Made by a program: the position numbers and the translations under genes. The notes below the pieces were generated by a model. It was not told where the DNA came from and did not search any database. It saw only the letters and a list, made by a program, of their open reading frames with translations. Shown piece after piece: positions 10,658 through 20,264 of a stretch of 64,000 nt of DNA; the first letter of the stretch is position 1; each line of letters begins with the position of its first letter. The DNA comes from a virus: the IMG/VR virus record IMGVR_UViG_3300045136_000267. The stretch is one strand, 5' to 3'.

Positions 10658-10807
10658 CGGCATAATGAACTGAAGAGCTTCTATTTATTTGTGAATCGTG
10701 CTTGATCTGCTATTTGATCCTCCATATTTTGATCCACTGACTTTGGTCTATTCATTTGCGGTATCTATTTGATCGTGTATTTGATATGAATGCGTGTGGA
10801 AGTATCT

Positions 10808-11911
10808 ATGATCGAGTATGCTACCAAGCCGTTGCGAGTGTATGATTATGCTTATCTAACCAAATTTATTTACTTAAGACTAACCTTTGACTTTCTTCCT
10901 GATCTGGGAAAGCAACCTGCTATTAAGGAACAGTTAAAACCAAAAGCCAAGTTTGTAGATCTAACTGACATTGAAACTCAGCATCTCCTTTCAAATCTAC
11001 TGAAAATCTCTATGGACCTGCTTCAGCAAGCCTATGGCGTATCTGATGATAAGATCGCGCATTGCTACCAAACTTTGCTTACTGACCTACAGACAGATCT
11101 TTGTAATAAGCCTACCGAAGAGGCTGACAAATTACTCCAGGAATTAAAATCTAGGTTTCTGACTGAAGAATGCCTAGATGAACAAGACTATAACTTTGTT
11201 CTAGGAAGTGCTTGTCTTAAGACGGTTACCATTGTAGCTGCCCCTTCTTGCTTTGATGAGGAGGCCTTAAAGGGTAAACCCTACAAAGTCATTGACCTAG
11301 AAGGGATGTTTGATAAAGCAATCAAGATTATCTCAATGGATGGATTAGATCCAAAAGATAGATTCCCAGTATCTATAGATACGCAATGCTTTTTAGATAC
11401 TGGATATATGAATAAAATTAAGAAACTAGCTAAAAAGCTTGGAAATGAGGAACTGAAATGTCTTAATGAGTTTAATCTAAATGAAGTTAATCTAGATGAT
11501 GTTCCAGGAAAAGTTAGAACCACGTTAAATAGCTACGTAGAAAAGTATCGGTATTTATTCTGCAGTGACTTAGTTAATCCTAAAGCTATACTGCTCTGGG
11601 CTCTTAAGCAAAGGAGGTGGCTTAAAAAAGCATATAAAAGTGACAAAGCAAAATATCTCAGTGATGAGTTGTTCCTCCTGTCAATGTTGATTGCTCAAAC
11701 TGCTTATGCTGCAACTTCTAAACTAGGATCACTAGGGCAAGCTGCATCTTATTATCCAAAGAAACTATTGAATCGTTCTATTGAAAAATTACTAAACGAT
11801 AGGAGGAACGAGAAAGCTCTAGCTTCATCACCTATGTTCTATGCTCTGTACTTCACGGAGCATAAACTGATGCCAGCGTTAGCTGAGTATCGAAAGAAGT
11901 ACATCAAATAA
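10808..11911 (+). CDS. Hypothetical protein
   Basis: Long ORF; start uncertain (10790 or 10808). Confidence 0.65.
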   Translation: MIEYATKPLRVYDYAYLTKFIYLRLTFDFLPDLGKQPAIKEQLKPKAKFVDLTDIETQHLLSNLLKISMDLLQQAYGVSDDKIAHCYQTLLTDLQTDLCNKPTEEADKLLQELKSRFLTEECLDEQDYNFVLGSACLKTVTIVAAPSCFDEEALKGKPYKVIDLEGMFDKAIKIISMDGLDPKDRFPVSIDTQCFLDTGYMNKIKKLAKKLGNEELKCLNEFNLNEVNLDDVPGKVRTTLNSYVEKYRYLFCSDLVNPKAILLWALKQRRWLKKAYKSDKAKYLSDELFLLSMLIAQTAYAATSKLGSLGQAASYYPKKLLNRSIEKLLNDRRNEKALASSPMFYALYFTEHKLMPALAEYRKKYIK

Positions 11912-11970
11912 TTGTTATTCTTAATCACTTATCTAAATCTGTATTTACTCTCCTACAGAAAGGAGTACAT

Positions 11971-12564
11971 ATGCGCTGTCTCAAGATTCCCCGGGAAGCA
12001 CTGTCTATTCTCGCCACACATGAAATGTATTGTCTTATTAATGAGCTTAAAGACGTAATAAAAGAGATGGGTAGTTTTGAAATTGAGTTTATGGAGAAAT
12101 ACACCCCTTCTCAGACTGACTTGACGGACAAAAATCTAGCTCCGCTGGGTGTACTCAAACAGTTGCATGACGTTGAAGAAATCGCATTACGGAGCTTAGC
12201 AGCCTTGGGACTTTGTTGCTTCTATAATTATGAACAACTAGCTGGTTATAACTATTTGCCTGAAGCAATAATTGATGAAATTAGGGGAAAATCTTCAGAG
12301 ATAACTACTGTAATTGTATTTCACCCATACGATGGCTTACTTGCTAGTTTGTTTGTTGTAATTACTGCTATATTCAAGAATGCTAAAAATAATGGTTCAG
12401 CTATTACCAATGAAGATATTTCGAAAATGCTATTTAAAATACTTAAGAGTCTAAAGCAATTAGAGTACGACGTAGAAACGTTTGTTGCTATTAATTTGAT
12501 TGTGCTTGGTGGTGGTACTTTAGAGAGTATCTCAATTTACAGCCAGCAGATGCAATGCAATTAA
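11971..12564 (+). CDS. Hypothetical protein, tandem paralog A
   Basis: AAGGAG SD; shares SLAALGLCC and ITAIFKNAKNNG...VETFVAINLI with the next gene. Confidence 0.75.
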   Translation: MRCLKIPREALSILATHEMYCLINELKDVIKEMGSFEIEFMEKYTPSQTDLTDKNLAPLGVLKQLHDVEEIALRSLAALGLCCFYNYEQLAGYNYLPEAIIDEIRGKSSEITTVIVFHPYDGLLASLFVVITAIFKNAKNNGSAITNEDISKMLFKILKSLKQLEYDVETFVAINLIVLGGGTLESISIYSQQMQCN

Positions 12565-12640
12565 CTCTTTCTGTTCTAATTTATTGCTCTGCTTTTTATT
12601 AACCCAGATTTGTAGTCTTCTCCTACAGAAAGGAGTATCT

Positions 12641-13216
12641 ATGTATCAGCTCAATATTCCCAAAATAGCGATACGTGCTATCATTAGGCCTGAAACGTAC
12701 CATGTGCTTTACTCGAAAAGAGACGTAATACAAGAGATGCTCTCTTTTGGGTTTGAGTTTATTAAGAAATATAAACCTTCTGAAACTGATTTAATGCATA
12801 AAAATCTGGGTCCGCTGACTTTGTTCAAACAATTGAATGCTACGGAAGAAGAAGTATTAAAGAGCTTAGCAGCCCTGGGACTTTGCTGTCTAGATAACTA
12901 CAAACAGTTTCAGGTTCCAATCCTTGATGCCCTTGAAGGAGAAGCATCAGAATTAATGACTGTAATCACATTTCCTCCCTACCAGGAGGCAATTATCCGC
13001 TCGTTTATTGCAATTACTGCTATATTCAAGAATGCTAAAAATAATGGCGTGGGTATTAGTAACGAAGATATTTTTAAAATGTTATTGAAAATACTCAAGA
13101 ACCTAAAAGAACTAGAGAACGATGTAGAAACGTTTGTTGCTATTAATTTGATTTTGCTCGGTGCTTTGATTATAGAGAGTGTCTCAATTTACAATCAACA
13201 GATGCAGTGCAACTAA
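12641..13216 (+). CDS. Hypothetical protein, tandem paralog B
   Basis: Same upstream sequence CTCCTACAGAAAGGAGTA as paralog A; ATG at 12641. Confidence 0.75.
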   Translation: MYQLNIPKIAIRAIIRPETYHVLYSKRDVIQEMLSFGFEFIKKYKPSETDLMHKNLGPLTLFKQLNATEEEVLKSLAALGLCCLDNYKQFQVPILDALEGEASELMTVITFPPYQEAIIRSFIAITAIFKNAKNNGVGISNEDIFKMLLKILKNLKELENDVETFVAINLILLGALIIESVSIYNQQMQCN

Positions 13217-13320
13217 TTCCTTTTCTATTTTAATTGCCATTCTACTTTGTTGTTTCTATATTTGTCTTTCTAACTTACAGGATGAAAGGTAATCAACTCT
13301 TTCCCCCAAGGAGGAACAAG

Positions 13321-14412
13321 ATGGACCTAGTTCTACAAACGGCTGTGGAAATTCTCCGCTACAATCAACTACTTGCGGAGATGGATTCTTCTAAAGGGAA
13401 GGTTCCGTTTCTTTGGCCGTGTTTTATTGGTGAGACTGGAACTGGCAAGACGGCCCGAGCCGAACAATTGAGCAAAATCTTTAATATGCCACATCATAGT
13501 CTCTTATTGCAGACTATGGATCCAATTGAAATTGGCGGGGCTCCCCGAGCTAGGGGAGGTAAGCTTGTGTGGCATTTGGATTCCTGGACTGAGAAGCAAG
13601 GAATTATCTTCTTAGATGAATTGGATAAACCAGACAAAGATCATTACAGTGCTGTCCTTAGTATGCTGACGGACAGAAGGATCCGTCATGTTAAATTGGA
13701 GAATGCACTATTTGTAGCGGCTATGCAACCAGTAGAAAGAGAGTTGTTCTTGTCTCACAAAACGAGGCAAGCTCTCTCCGCTAGGTTGGTGTTCTTACCG
13801 GTGAATGAAGTAGATTCTTTCAATTATGTGTGCAATAAGCACTACAGAATTCCCATTAAATTGCAGGCTAGTGAATACGACCTCCCTGTTCTGGATAAGA
13901 TTAGTCCGCGACAACTTGACTGGCTTCTGGGTTTCTATGATTACATGACTCCCAGTCCAGAAGTATTAAATCTAGTTGTTCGTGGAGTTGTTCATAGTAA
14001 ACACGTTAAGACCATAATGAAATTGCTAGAAGCTAAGACTACAGGGCATGCACTTGAATTAGGTCCCATGCTTAGGGTTCTAGCAAAGAATCCGTCTCTA
14101 GTTGATAAAGCTGATTTTGCCACTATTTCTATGGTATTCACTAGGGGCGTTACTGAACCAGGGTGGACGCCTGAAGTTCTTGAAAAGATTATGCGTAGGG
14201 TATTGACGGAAGTAGAAATCCCTCAAATCCATGAAACGTTGAAACAAATGCTCACGACTATTGTGGATAGCAAAGCTGATGTTAATGAAGCAAGAAATAT
14301 GTTTGAACCATTAACTTTTGAGCAGTGGACCGAGGTAATGAACAAAGTTGTTAACAGCTCTGTTGATTTCTACATGGAAAAGTATGGAGATAAAATAAAT
14401 GAGAAGAAATGA
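13321..14412 (+). CDS. MoxR-like AAA+ ATPase, copy 1
   Basis: Walker A GETGTGKT, Walker B IFLDELDK, AAMQP, ALSAR; GAGG SD before the ATG at 13321. Confidence 0.85.
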   Translation: MDLVLQTAVEILRYNQLLAEMDSSKGKVPFLWPCFIGETGTGKTARAEQLSKIFNMPHHSLLLQTMDPIEIGGAPRARGGKLVWHLDSWTEKQGIIFLDELDKPDKDHYSAVLSMLTDRRIRHVKLENALFVAAMQPVERELFLSHKTRQALSARLVFLPVNEVDSFNYVCNKHYRIPIKLQASEYDLPVLDKISPRQLDWLLGFYDYMTPSPEVLNLVVRGVVHSKHVKTIMKLLEAKTTGHALELGPMLRVLAKNPSLVDKADFATISMVFTRGVTEPGWTPEVLEKIMRRVLTEVEIPQIHETLKQMLTTIVDSKADVNEARNMFEPLTFEQWTEVMNKVVNSSVDFYMEKYGDKINEKK

Positions 14413-15637
14413 GATAGGACATCTAGGAAATATTTTGCCAACTGAGGTTTGTGATTGGTTGACTGAAAATGTTGATATAACTGCTTCAATCGGAGATCAC
14501 AACGTTAGTTTATCTCTGACTGAAGAAGGGCATGTAATGAATATTGATCCAATATTTTTTAATAATCTTACAGATGATGCCAAAAAGACTGTCCTCTTAC
14601 AAGCAATTATGCATATTGTAAGAGGAGATTGTATCAACATGAGGCAAGTTGATTATCCAGAGATCTGGAATATTGCGTCTGAAATTGTAATTAATGAACA
14701 GATTGGTGATTTAGGTCCTGCTCAAATTCAGACTGGCAGGCAATTTCTCACGTATCAGGATATCAGGCAAGAGAAATGGCCAGAGTATACTCCACCTACA
14801 GGGTGGATTTATAACAAGTTAATTAGAGATTTGAAGAAGAAATTTGGTGAAAGCTCTTCCCTTGAGGAAGGATTACAACCACTTCCATCCGATATAAACG
14901 AGGATGATAATAAGGAGAATCTTACTAATTCTCACCTTCCAATTGACTACATGACTTATGCTACTAAAGAAGGCAATTACCTTTATGTAAGAGTTAATCC
15001 TGCAGAAGGTGATTTGGATAAGTGCAAGGAAGCCTATGCTTCTACCTTTCTACAGGCCCCTAGTAGCTTTCTTGGTGGACATGATCTTCCAGATTACGAT
15101 AGAAATCTGGAATATAAGCCAACACCTGAACCGAAAGTATTACGAGTTTTAGAATGCATTCTTTCTCAAATAACTAGTTATCAAGGTGATACTAAAGTAA
15201 CTAATAAAACGTGGTTTAAAGAACACAGATCAAGTAGATATTCTAAAGGGACTCGTAGACTACGGAGACTTACAATAGAAGTTGGTGTAGACGTTTCTGG
15301 TAGCATGGCAGAACATCTACTGAGGGTAATTGGAATAGCAGAATGGCTCAAGCAAACGCATGACGTTACTGTAATTGCTTGGGCTGATAGAGCTGCAAAA
15401 GTAGATAATTCCAATTACAGTAAAGTATCAGTAGGAGGCGGTACAAATCCAACCTCCGTATTGAAAATGATTAAGAAAGATAACCCTGATGTTGCAGTCA
15501 TTATGACTGATGGTTATTTCTGTGAAGCTGCCGAGCCGATTCCCACTTGCCCTGTAATTTGGATTCTAGTAAATAACGCAACAGAAAGTGATATATTTAA
15601 GAGACCAATTGATCAGGTAGTTAAATTGACAGATTAG
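14399..15637 (+). CDS. Metallopeptidase-like + VWA domain protein, copy 1 (HExxH degenerate)
   Basis: MIDAS DVSGS...GGGT...MTDG; LQAIMH where copy 2 has LHEISH. Confidence 0.8.
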   Translation: MRRNEIGHLGNILPTEVCDWLTENVDITASIGDHNVSLSLTEEGHVMNIDPIFFNNLTDDAKKTVLLQAIMHIVRGDCINMRQVDYPEIWNIASEIVINEQIGDLGPAQIQTGRQFLTYQDIRQEKWPEYTPPTGWIYNKLIRDLKKKFGESSSLEEGLQPLPSDINEDDNKENLTNSHLPIDYMTYATKEGNYLYVRVNPAEGDLDKCKEAYASTFLQAPSSFLGGHDLPDYDRNLEYKPTPEPKVLRVLECILSQITSYQGDTKVTNKTWFKEHRSSRYSKGTRRLRRLTIEVGVDVSGSMAEHLLRVIGIAEWLKQTHDVTVIAWADRAAKVDNSNYSKVSVGGGTNPTSVLKMIKKDNPDVAVIMTDGYFCEAAEPIPTCPVIWILVNNATESDIFKRPIDQVVKLTD

Positions 15638-15647
15638 TATCAACAAG

Positions 15648-15669
15648 CCGCATATCTTCGGATATGCGG
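15648..15669 (+). other. C(UUCG)G hairpin directly upstream of tRNA-Val
   Basis: CCGCATATC-TTCG-GATATGCGG, a 9-bp perfect stem with no U tract. Confidence 0.6.
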
Positions 15670-15673
15670 TAAC

Positions 15674-15747
15674 GGGCCAGTAGCTCAGCCGGTCAGAGTA
15701 CCTGCCTTACACGCAGGGGGTCGCAGGTTCGAGTCCTGCCTGGCCCA
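15674..15747 (+). tRNA. tRNA-Val(TAC)
   Basis: Cloverleaf; anticodon arm CCTGC-CTTACAC-GCAGG; T arm GGTTCGAGTCC; no encoded CCA. Confidence 0.95.
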
Positions 15748-15787
15748 CTCGATGTTTAAAATGAAATCCTCAACGTTAGAGTTAAAG

Positions 15788-16039
15788 ATGATAATAAAGG
15801 TAAATAGCCTTACTCATAACTTAATGATTTGTTATGCTAGTTCTGATGAACCAATAGCTGCTTTAATCTTTTACGACAAAGAAGAAACTTCAATCCGTTT
15901 ATTCGGTAAAACGACTAAACTTAATGAAGGAATAGCTGTTTATTTAAACCAGGAAAACACTATCTGTAATGTTCGTTCTGACGCGATTAAAAGACTAGAG
16001 ATAGGAAGTGTCAGAAATGAACTTATGTTAATAAGATAA
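15788..16039 (+). CDS. Small beta-rich protein of the ~85-aa paralog family
   Basis: LFGKTTKL core is shared with 16158-16421 and loosely with the 23.6-26.2 kb array. Confidence 0.6.
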   Translation: MIIKVNSLTHNLMICYASSDEPIAALIFYDKEETSIRLFGKTTKLNEGIAVYLNQENTICNVRSDAIKRLEIGSVRNELMLIR

Positions 16040-16157
16040 AGAAAAAGCTAAAATCCAATAAATATGGGTCTACATATCTGAGGAGGTGAAGGCTTTGATT
16101 TCGAGTTCTATCTAGTCTACTAGATATTTAAATTGAAATCCTCAACTGGAGAAATAA

Positions 16158-16421
16158 ATGCAAGTAAAGTTAATCATACATGACCCTAACGTATTCGGTT
16201 TTCGTACTGCTTTTAATACATCAATAGCTTATTTAAACTACAAGCTTGCAGATAGAACCACAACTAGTCTATTTGGCAAAACAACTAAACTTAGTGAAGG
16301 GATAACTGTTTAGTTAAATCAGGAAAAGGTTAAACGTAGTTTGAATTATGATATAACCAGAATAGTAGAGATAGAAAGTTTTAAAGACAGACTTACGTTA
16401 ATAAGACAAAGAAAAAGCTAA
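16158..16421 (+). pseudogene. Duplicate of 15788..16039 with a premature stop
   Basis: Aligns to the previous gene at nucleotide level; in-frame TAG at 16311 where the paralog has TAT. Confidence 0.7.
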
Positions 16422-16491
16422 TTCTAGTAATAGACAGGCAAGTATTCTAAGCAGAGATAAGGTAAAAATGTAAACTAAACGCATAATTTGC

Positions 16492-16507
16492 GGAATAAAT
16501 ATCTGGG
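16492..16507 (+). promoter_or_regulatory. Phage promoter-like motif upstream of solitary repeat
   Basis: GGAATAAATATCTGGG matches the recurring GG(C/A)ATAAATAA(T/G)TGG motif. Confidence 0.55.
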
Positions 16508-16518
16508 AGTCCTTTCGC

Positions 16519-16554
16519 GTTGCAATGCCTGCGAAGAGGCTTGGTTTCTTCGAC
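16519..16554 (+). CRISPR. Solitary 36-bp CRISPR repeat
   Basis: GTTGCAATGCCTGCGAAGAGGCTTGGTTTCTTCGAC; near-identical to the repeats at 20265 and 20326. Confidence 0.8.
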
Positions 16555-16603
16555 ATTTGTAAGGACTTTTGGTAGCTACATTTTAATCCCGGGAGGAAAA
16601 GCT

Positions 16604-17314
16604 ATGAGGTACCTATCTCTCCTTATTGGCCTGCTTTCTATTTGTATTACCATTACTTCTCAAGCACAAAATCTCAAAACACTTAATGACCCAAATGTTG
16701 AAGTAAGGATTTTGTGTGATGGTGTACAAATTACTAATACGAGTCCTGCAGAAGTCAGTGTATTTGATTGGACTGTAGTAATTGGACAGAGAACTGATGA
16801 TCATTATCCTCAGCCGTTGTGTTGTGCTTATATTTTAGATGGTAAATACGATCCAGTTATCACTTACACTTCATTTGGAACTCCAAAGCAAGGTCTTCGC
16901 GAGAACGTTAGAGGCGGTGGTTTCTATTTTCATTGCACAATCCCACCACGTAATTCTGTCGTACTAAGGGCTCTAGTACTTGGTTTCGGTAATGCTCACG
17001 CTATTACAAATATTCCGAAAAACGCAGTTTATAAACGAGTTAATAGAAATCTTGGTAGAAAACATGCTTTTGGAATCTATGCTTGCATGTCTACAATTCA
17101 AACTGCAATAGATAAGGGAGTCACTAAAGAAGAAGATTTGAAATCGACCAAAGAGATTGGTATCCTGCTATTAGCTTTTTACGAAGAAAAATTTCCAGAA
17201 TATGCGAGAATACGAGCTGTCATTTCAGAAGACTTTTATAAACAGCTAAGAGATCATTTCAGTGATATGCAACGCACAGGAGAACAACTATATAAAACAG
17301 TCTTTTGCGAGTAA
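16604..17314 (+). CDS. Exported protein with signal peptide; probable distant paralog of 20483..21229
   Basis: GGAGG SD; MRYLSLLIGLLSICITITSQA leader; DGVQITNTS versus DGILKIINNS in the paralog. Confidence 0.7.
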   Translation: MRYLSLLIGLLSICITITSQAQNLKTLNDPNVEVRILCDGVQITNTSPAEVSVFDWTVVIGQRTDDHYPQPLCCAYILDGKYDPVITYTSFGTPKQGLRENVRGGGFYFHCTIPPRNSVVLRALVLGFGNAHAITNIPKNAVYKRVNRNLGRKHAFGIYACMSTIQTAIDKGVTKEEDLKSTKEIGILLLAFYEEKFPEYARIRAVISEDFYKQLRDHFSDMQRTGEQLYKTVFCE

Positions 17315-17542
17315 TTAACTCTAATAAGATTTGCAAGATTAACAAGTCCAAGGCGAATTTGGACGGTCAATTATCCTTCCACAGTTGCAAAAATATAGTC
17401 TATGACACTGTCGTGTACCACAAACGCCGGTGGTAATGTTGAGCTACCGGAAACGCTATGGGCGGGCGGTCCGCCCATGTAATCACCAGCCAGAGTGCTG
17501 GCGGCGAGCCGGCTTGGCCGAGACGACCGGAGGAGTGTTGCT

Positions 17543-18307
17543 ATGTCTGCTATTGTTAAGGTTACCGTTCAGCGTACCAAGGATTGGGTGCGCGCACGGC
17601 GATTGGAAACCGGGGAAAACGTCCCGGAAACAATCGAAGTTGAGGTCCTAGCAGATCAGTTACCTCGCGAAGTCCGGGAGCTACTGATCGAAGCCGGGGG
17701 CGGATCATACCCCGACGAATTCGCTGGCGATATCCGGCAGGACTACCTATGGATGTATCGGTCCGACTTGCGGTACGGGCGTGTACCGATCATCGTAGAT
17801 GCCGACCAACCGACGCCGGAGTCAATAGCCGCGGCGATTCTGACTGCCGACAAGGAACGGCGTCGGATGAAGATGGAAGTTGAGGAAAAGATTCGTCAGC
17901 GTGAAGAACGAGAGCGTGCACTTGCCGAAGAATGGGCGCGGCTGCCCCTGGAGCAGCGGGCCAGTGCGGCTGGCGTGTGCGTTGCCCGCGACCCCGAGAC
18001 GGGTACCATGAGCGCCTATGGGGTGCAATTGTACGATATCTCGGCGCTGAAGAAGTACGTACCAGAGGCGTTGGACGAGGCGGTCCTGGAGGTGGAACGC
18101 CTTCGCGAAATCGAGCGTGGCAGAGAGGCGATCAAGCATCGCGCTCTGCTGGCTGAATTACTCGGCTTAGTACCAGAAGACGCGCTGCGGCATGCCGTTA
18201 AACGTGCCGCCATTGATGGTATCGCCGGGAAACCGGCGTCAATTGAAGAAGTGCGGAAACAAGTCCATCAAGCCTGCCAGGCTGGCGGCGTCCGCATAAG
18301 TATTTAA
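17543..18307 (+). CDS. Hypothetical GC-rich coiled-coil protein upstream of the Cas12-like gene
   Basis: GGAGGAG SD before the ATG at 17543; E/R/K-rich central helix. Confidence 0.7.
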   Translation: MSAIVKVTVQRTKDWVRARRLETGENVPETIEVEVLADQLPREVRELLIEAGGGSYPDEFAGDIRQDYLWMYRSDLRYGRVPIIVDADQPTPESIAAAILTADKERRRMKMEVEEKIRQREERERALAEEWARLPLEQRASAAGVCVARDPETGTMSAYGVQLYDISALKKYVPEALDEAVLEVERLREIERGREAIKHRALLAELLGLVPEDALRHAVKRAAIDGIAGKPASIEEVRKQVHQACQAGGVRISI

Positions 18308-18328
18308 CAAACGTTGCGTTTATTACAG

Positions 18329-18360
18329 GCGGCCGGTGTGTACTCAAGCACCGGCCGCCG
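18329..18360 (+). terminator. GC-rich hairpin after 17543..18307
   Basis: GGCGGCCGGTG...CACCGGCCGCC inverted repeat; weak U tract. Confidence 0.45.
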
Positions 18361-18480
18361 TTGTATCGGAAATCAGCGCTTCCTACTTCGCCCTGCAGTA
18401 AGAGATGCTCTAACGAATGTTGTCTATTCTAGTGGAACTGAGGGTTCTTTATCTCTAGGAATGGGAATAGGAGGACTATC

Positions 18481-20142
18481 ACGCCATTCGGCAGAATAGC
18501 CGGCCCAACTATTGTCTATAAATATGGGGCGAAAAAACCAACTACAAACGCAGAAGCGATTTTGGACCAGTTGCGCAAAGCACATCAGTACCGCAACAAG
18601 CTTGTCGAAATAGAGCTTCAACGACGCAAACTCGTCGAAGAAGCTGTCAAGAATATCGAAAGTGATGTCCGCCATTTGACGGACAAGTTAGAACAGCTTG
18701 AACTGGACATTGACTATACGGTTAGAAAAATCAGCAACCACAAACAGAAGAATCAGACTCGAACTATCCCTGTCGAATTGAAAGAACGTCTCAAATCATT
18801 GAAAACTCAGTACAGAGAAGCGCTGCGGCGTATGAAAAAGGCCAAGAAAGCCGCGTACGCTCGTCCAGAAACGCAGGAGGCATTGAATCGAATTGAAGGA
18901 AAAGTGAGGGCTGAACACAAAAAAGCCCGTAATTTGTGTGGGCTCTATTGGGGTACTTACTGCCACGTAGAGCAGATCATCCCATGTATCAGAAAAGGAC
19001 CGCCGCCGAAATTCCGCCGTTTCGACGGCAGCGGTGTATTAGCGGTCCAGCTTCAAAAGGGAGAAAACATTGCACGGTTGGAGAGCGGCGAAGACCGTCG
19101 CATCCGCATTGAGGGCTGCGGCAAGCGACGCATATTATGGCTGCGCATCGGATCGGACGAGAACCGCGATCCGATCTGGGCGACGATTCCATTTACTTAT
19201 CATCGTGAAATTCCAAGCGATGCGAAAATCAAGTGGGTGAAAGTCAAAGCCCAACGCATTGCATGCCAAACTGAGTGGGAGGTGCTCTTTACGCTGGAAC
19301 GGAGTTCCGGCTGGAAAAAGCCCGACCTAGCTCAGGATGGAGCAGTTGCCATCGACATCGGTTGGCGCAATTTCGATGATCGCATTCGCGTAGCATACTG
19401 GATTGGTAGTGACGGACGCGAAGGCGAAATTGCACTGCCCCATAACATGGTTGGCAAGGCGCTTGAACAAGTTGAGCATTTACGATCATTGCGAGACAAG
19501 AATTTTAACGAGATTAAGCAGCAACTGCTTGACGCTATCGGTGCGCTCCAGATTCCGGAGTGGCTAAAGGAGGTTACGAAAACGCTGCATCAGTGGCGTA
19601 GTCAAGGAAGACTGGCGGCGCTGGCCATTCGATGGCGGCAACAGCGATTCGATGGTGACAATGATATATTTGCTCTACTAGAAACGTGGCGGGTCCGCGA
19701 CAAGCACCTTTACGAATGGGAGGCACATCTCCGCGTGAAGGCTATTCGTTGCCGCAACGATTATTTTGCCAACGTCGTAGCCGATTTGTCTCGTCGTTAC
19801 AAGACAGCGGTTGTTGAGGATTTTGACTTGCGGAACGTTACACAGGTCGATCCGATACAAACGGAACAAATTGGCGATGGACGTCAGCTCTATCGTGCAC
19901 ACATCGCCGCGGCCGGTGGCTTACGGCAGATGATTAAGAATCGCTTTGCCGAAACGCAGATCGTGTCTGCCGTGCTCACAACGCAGACCTGCACGGAGTG
20001 CGGCGAAATCATGAACTTCGACGCGGCCGAGAGCGTATTTAGCAAATGTTCACATTGTGGCCATGCGTTTGATCAAGACCGCGCAGCGGCGATTAACCTG
20101 ATGCGACGATACGAGGAAAGGCTAGTTGCTGCGAACAGCTAG
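18481..20142 (+). CDS. cas12m: Cas12m (type V-M/V-U1)-like CRISPR effector, ~553 aa
   Basis: N-terminal IVYKYG...QLRKAHQYRNKLVEIE, long coiled coil, GLYWGTY, FRRFDGSGVLAVQLQ, HREIPSDA. RuvC-I VAIDIGWR, QWRSQGRLAAL, RuvC-II VVEDFD, Zn finger CTEC...CSHC, RuvC-III DQDRAAAINL. Adjacent 36-bp repeats. Confidence 0.82.
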   Translation, partial: TPFGRIAGPTIVYKYGAKKPTTNAEAILDQLRKAHQYRNKLVEIELQRRKLVEEAVKNIESDVRHLTDKLEQLELDIDYTVRKISNHKQKNQTRTIPVELKERLKSLKTQYREALRRMKKAKKAAYARPETQEALNRIEGKVRAEHKKARNLCGLYWGTYCHVEQIIPCIRKGPPPKFRRFDGSGVLAVQLQKGENIARLESGEDRRIRIEGCGKRRILWLRIGSDENRDPIWATIPFTYHREIPSDAKIKWVKVKAQRIACQTEWEVLFTLERSSGWKKPDLAQDGAVAIDIGWRNFDDRIRVAYWIGSDGREGEIALPHNMVGKALEQVEHLRSLRDKNFNEIKQQLLDAIGALQIPEWLKEVTKTLHQWRSQGRLAALAIRWRQQRFDGDNDIFALLETWRVRDKHLYEWEAHLRVKAIRCRNDYFANVVADLSRRYKTAVVEDFDLRNVTQVDPIQTEQIGDGRQLYRAHIAAAGGLRQMIKNRFAETQIVSAVLTTQTCTECGEIMNFDAAESVFSKCSHCGHAFDQDRAAAINLMRRYEERLVAANS

Positions 20143-20264
20143 GTACGATAATATAGATATTAATCGCTCGTAATATACAAGTTGAAACAACGTAATAGAT
20201 GTCACAACGACTGCTACCAAAAAGAGGTCCAACATGTTATAAAGAACATAGTTAGATGAACGCT

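Noticed and set aside
16311-16313. In-frame TAG as evidence of stop-codon reassignment
   Set aside because: Many intact genes end in TAG (for example at 9001, 15637, 20142, 57900) and long ORFs are not fragmented in code 11; a single nonsense mutation is the simpler explanation.
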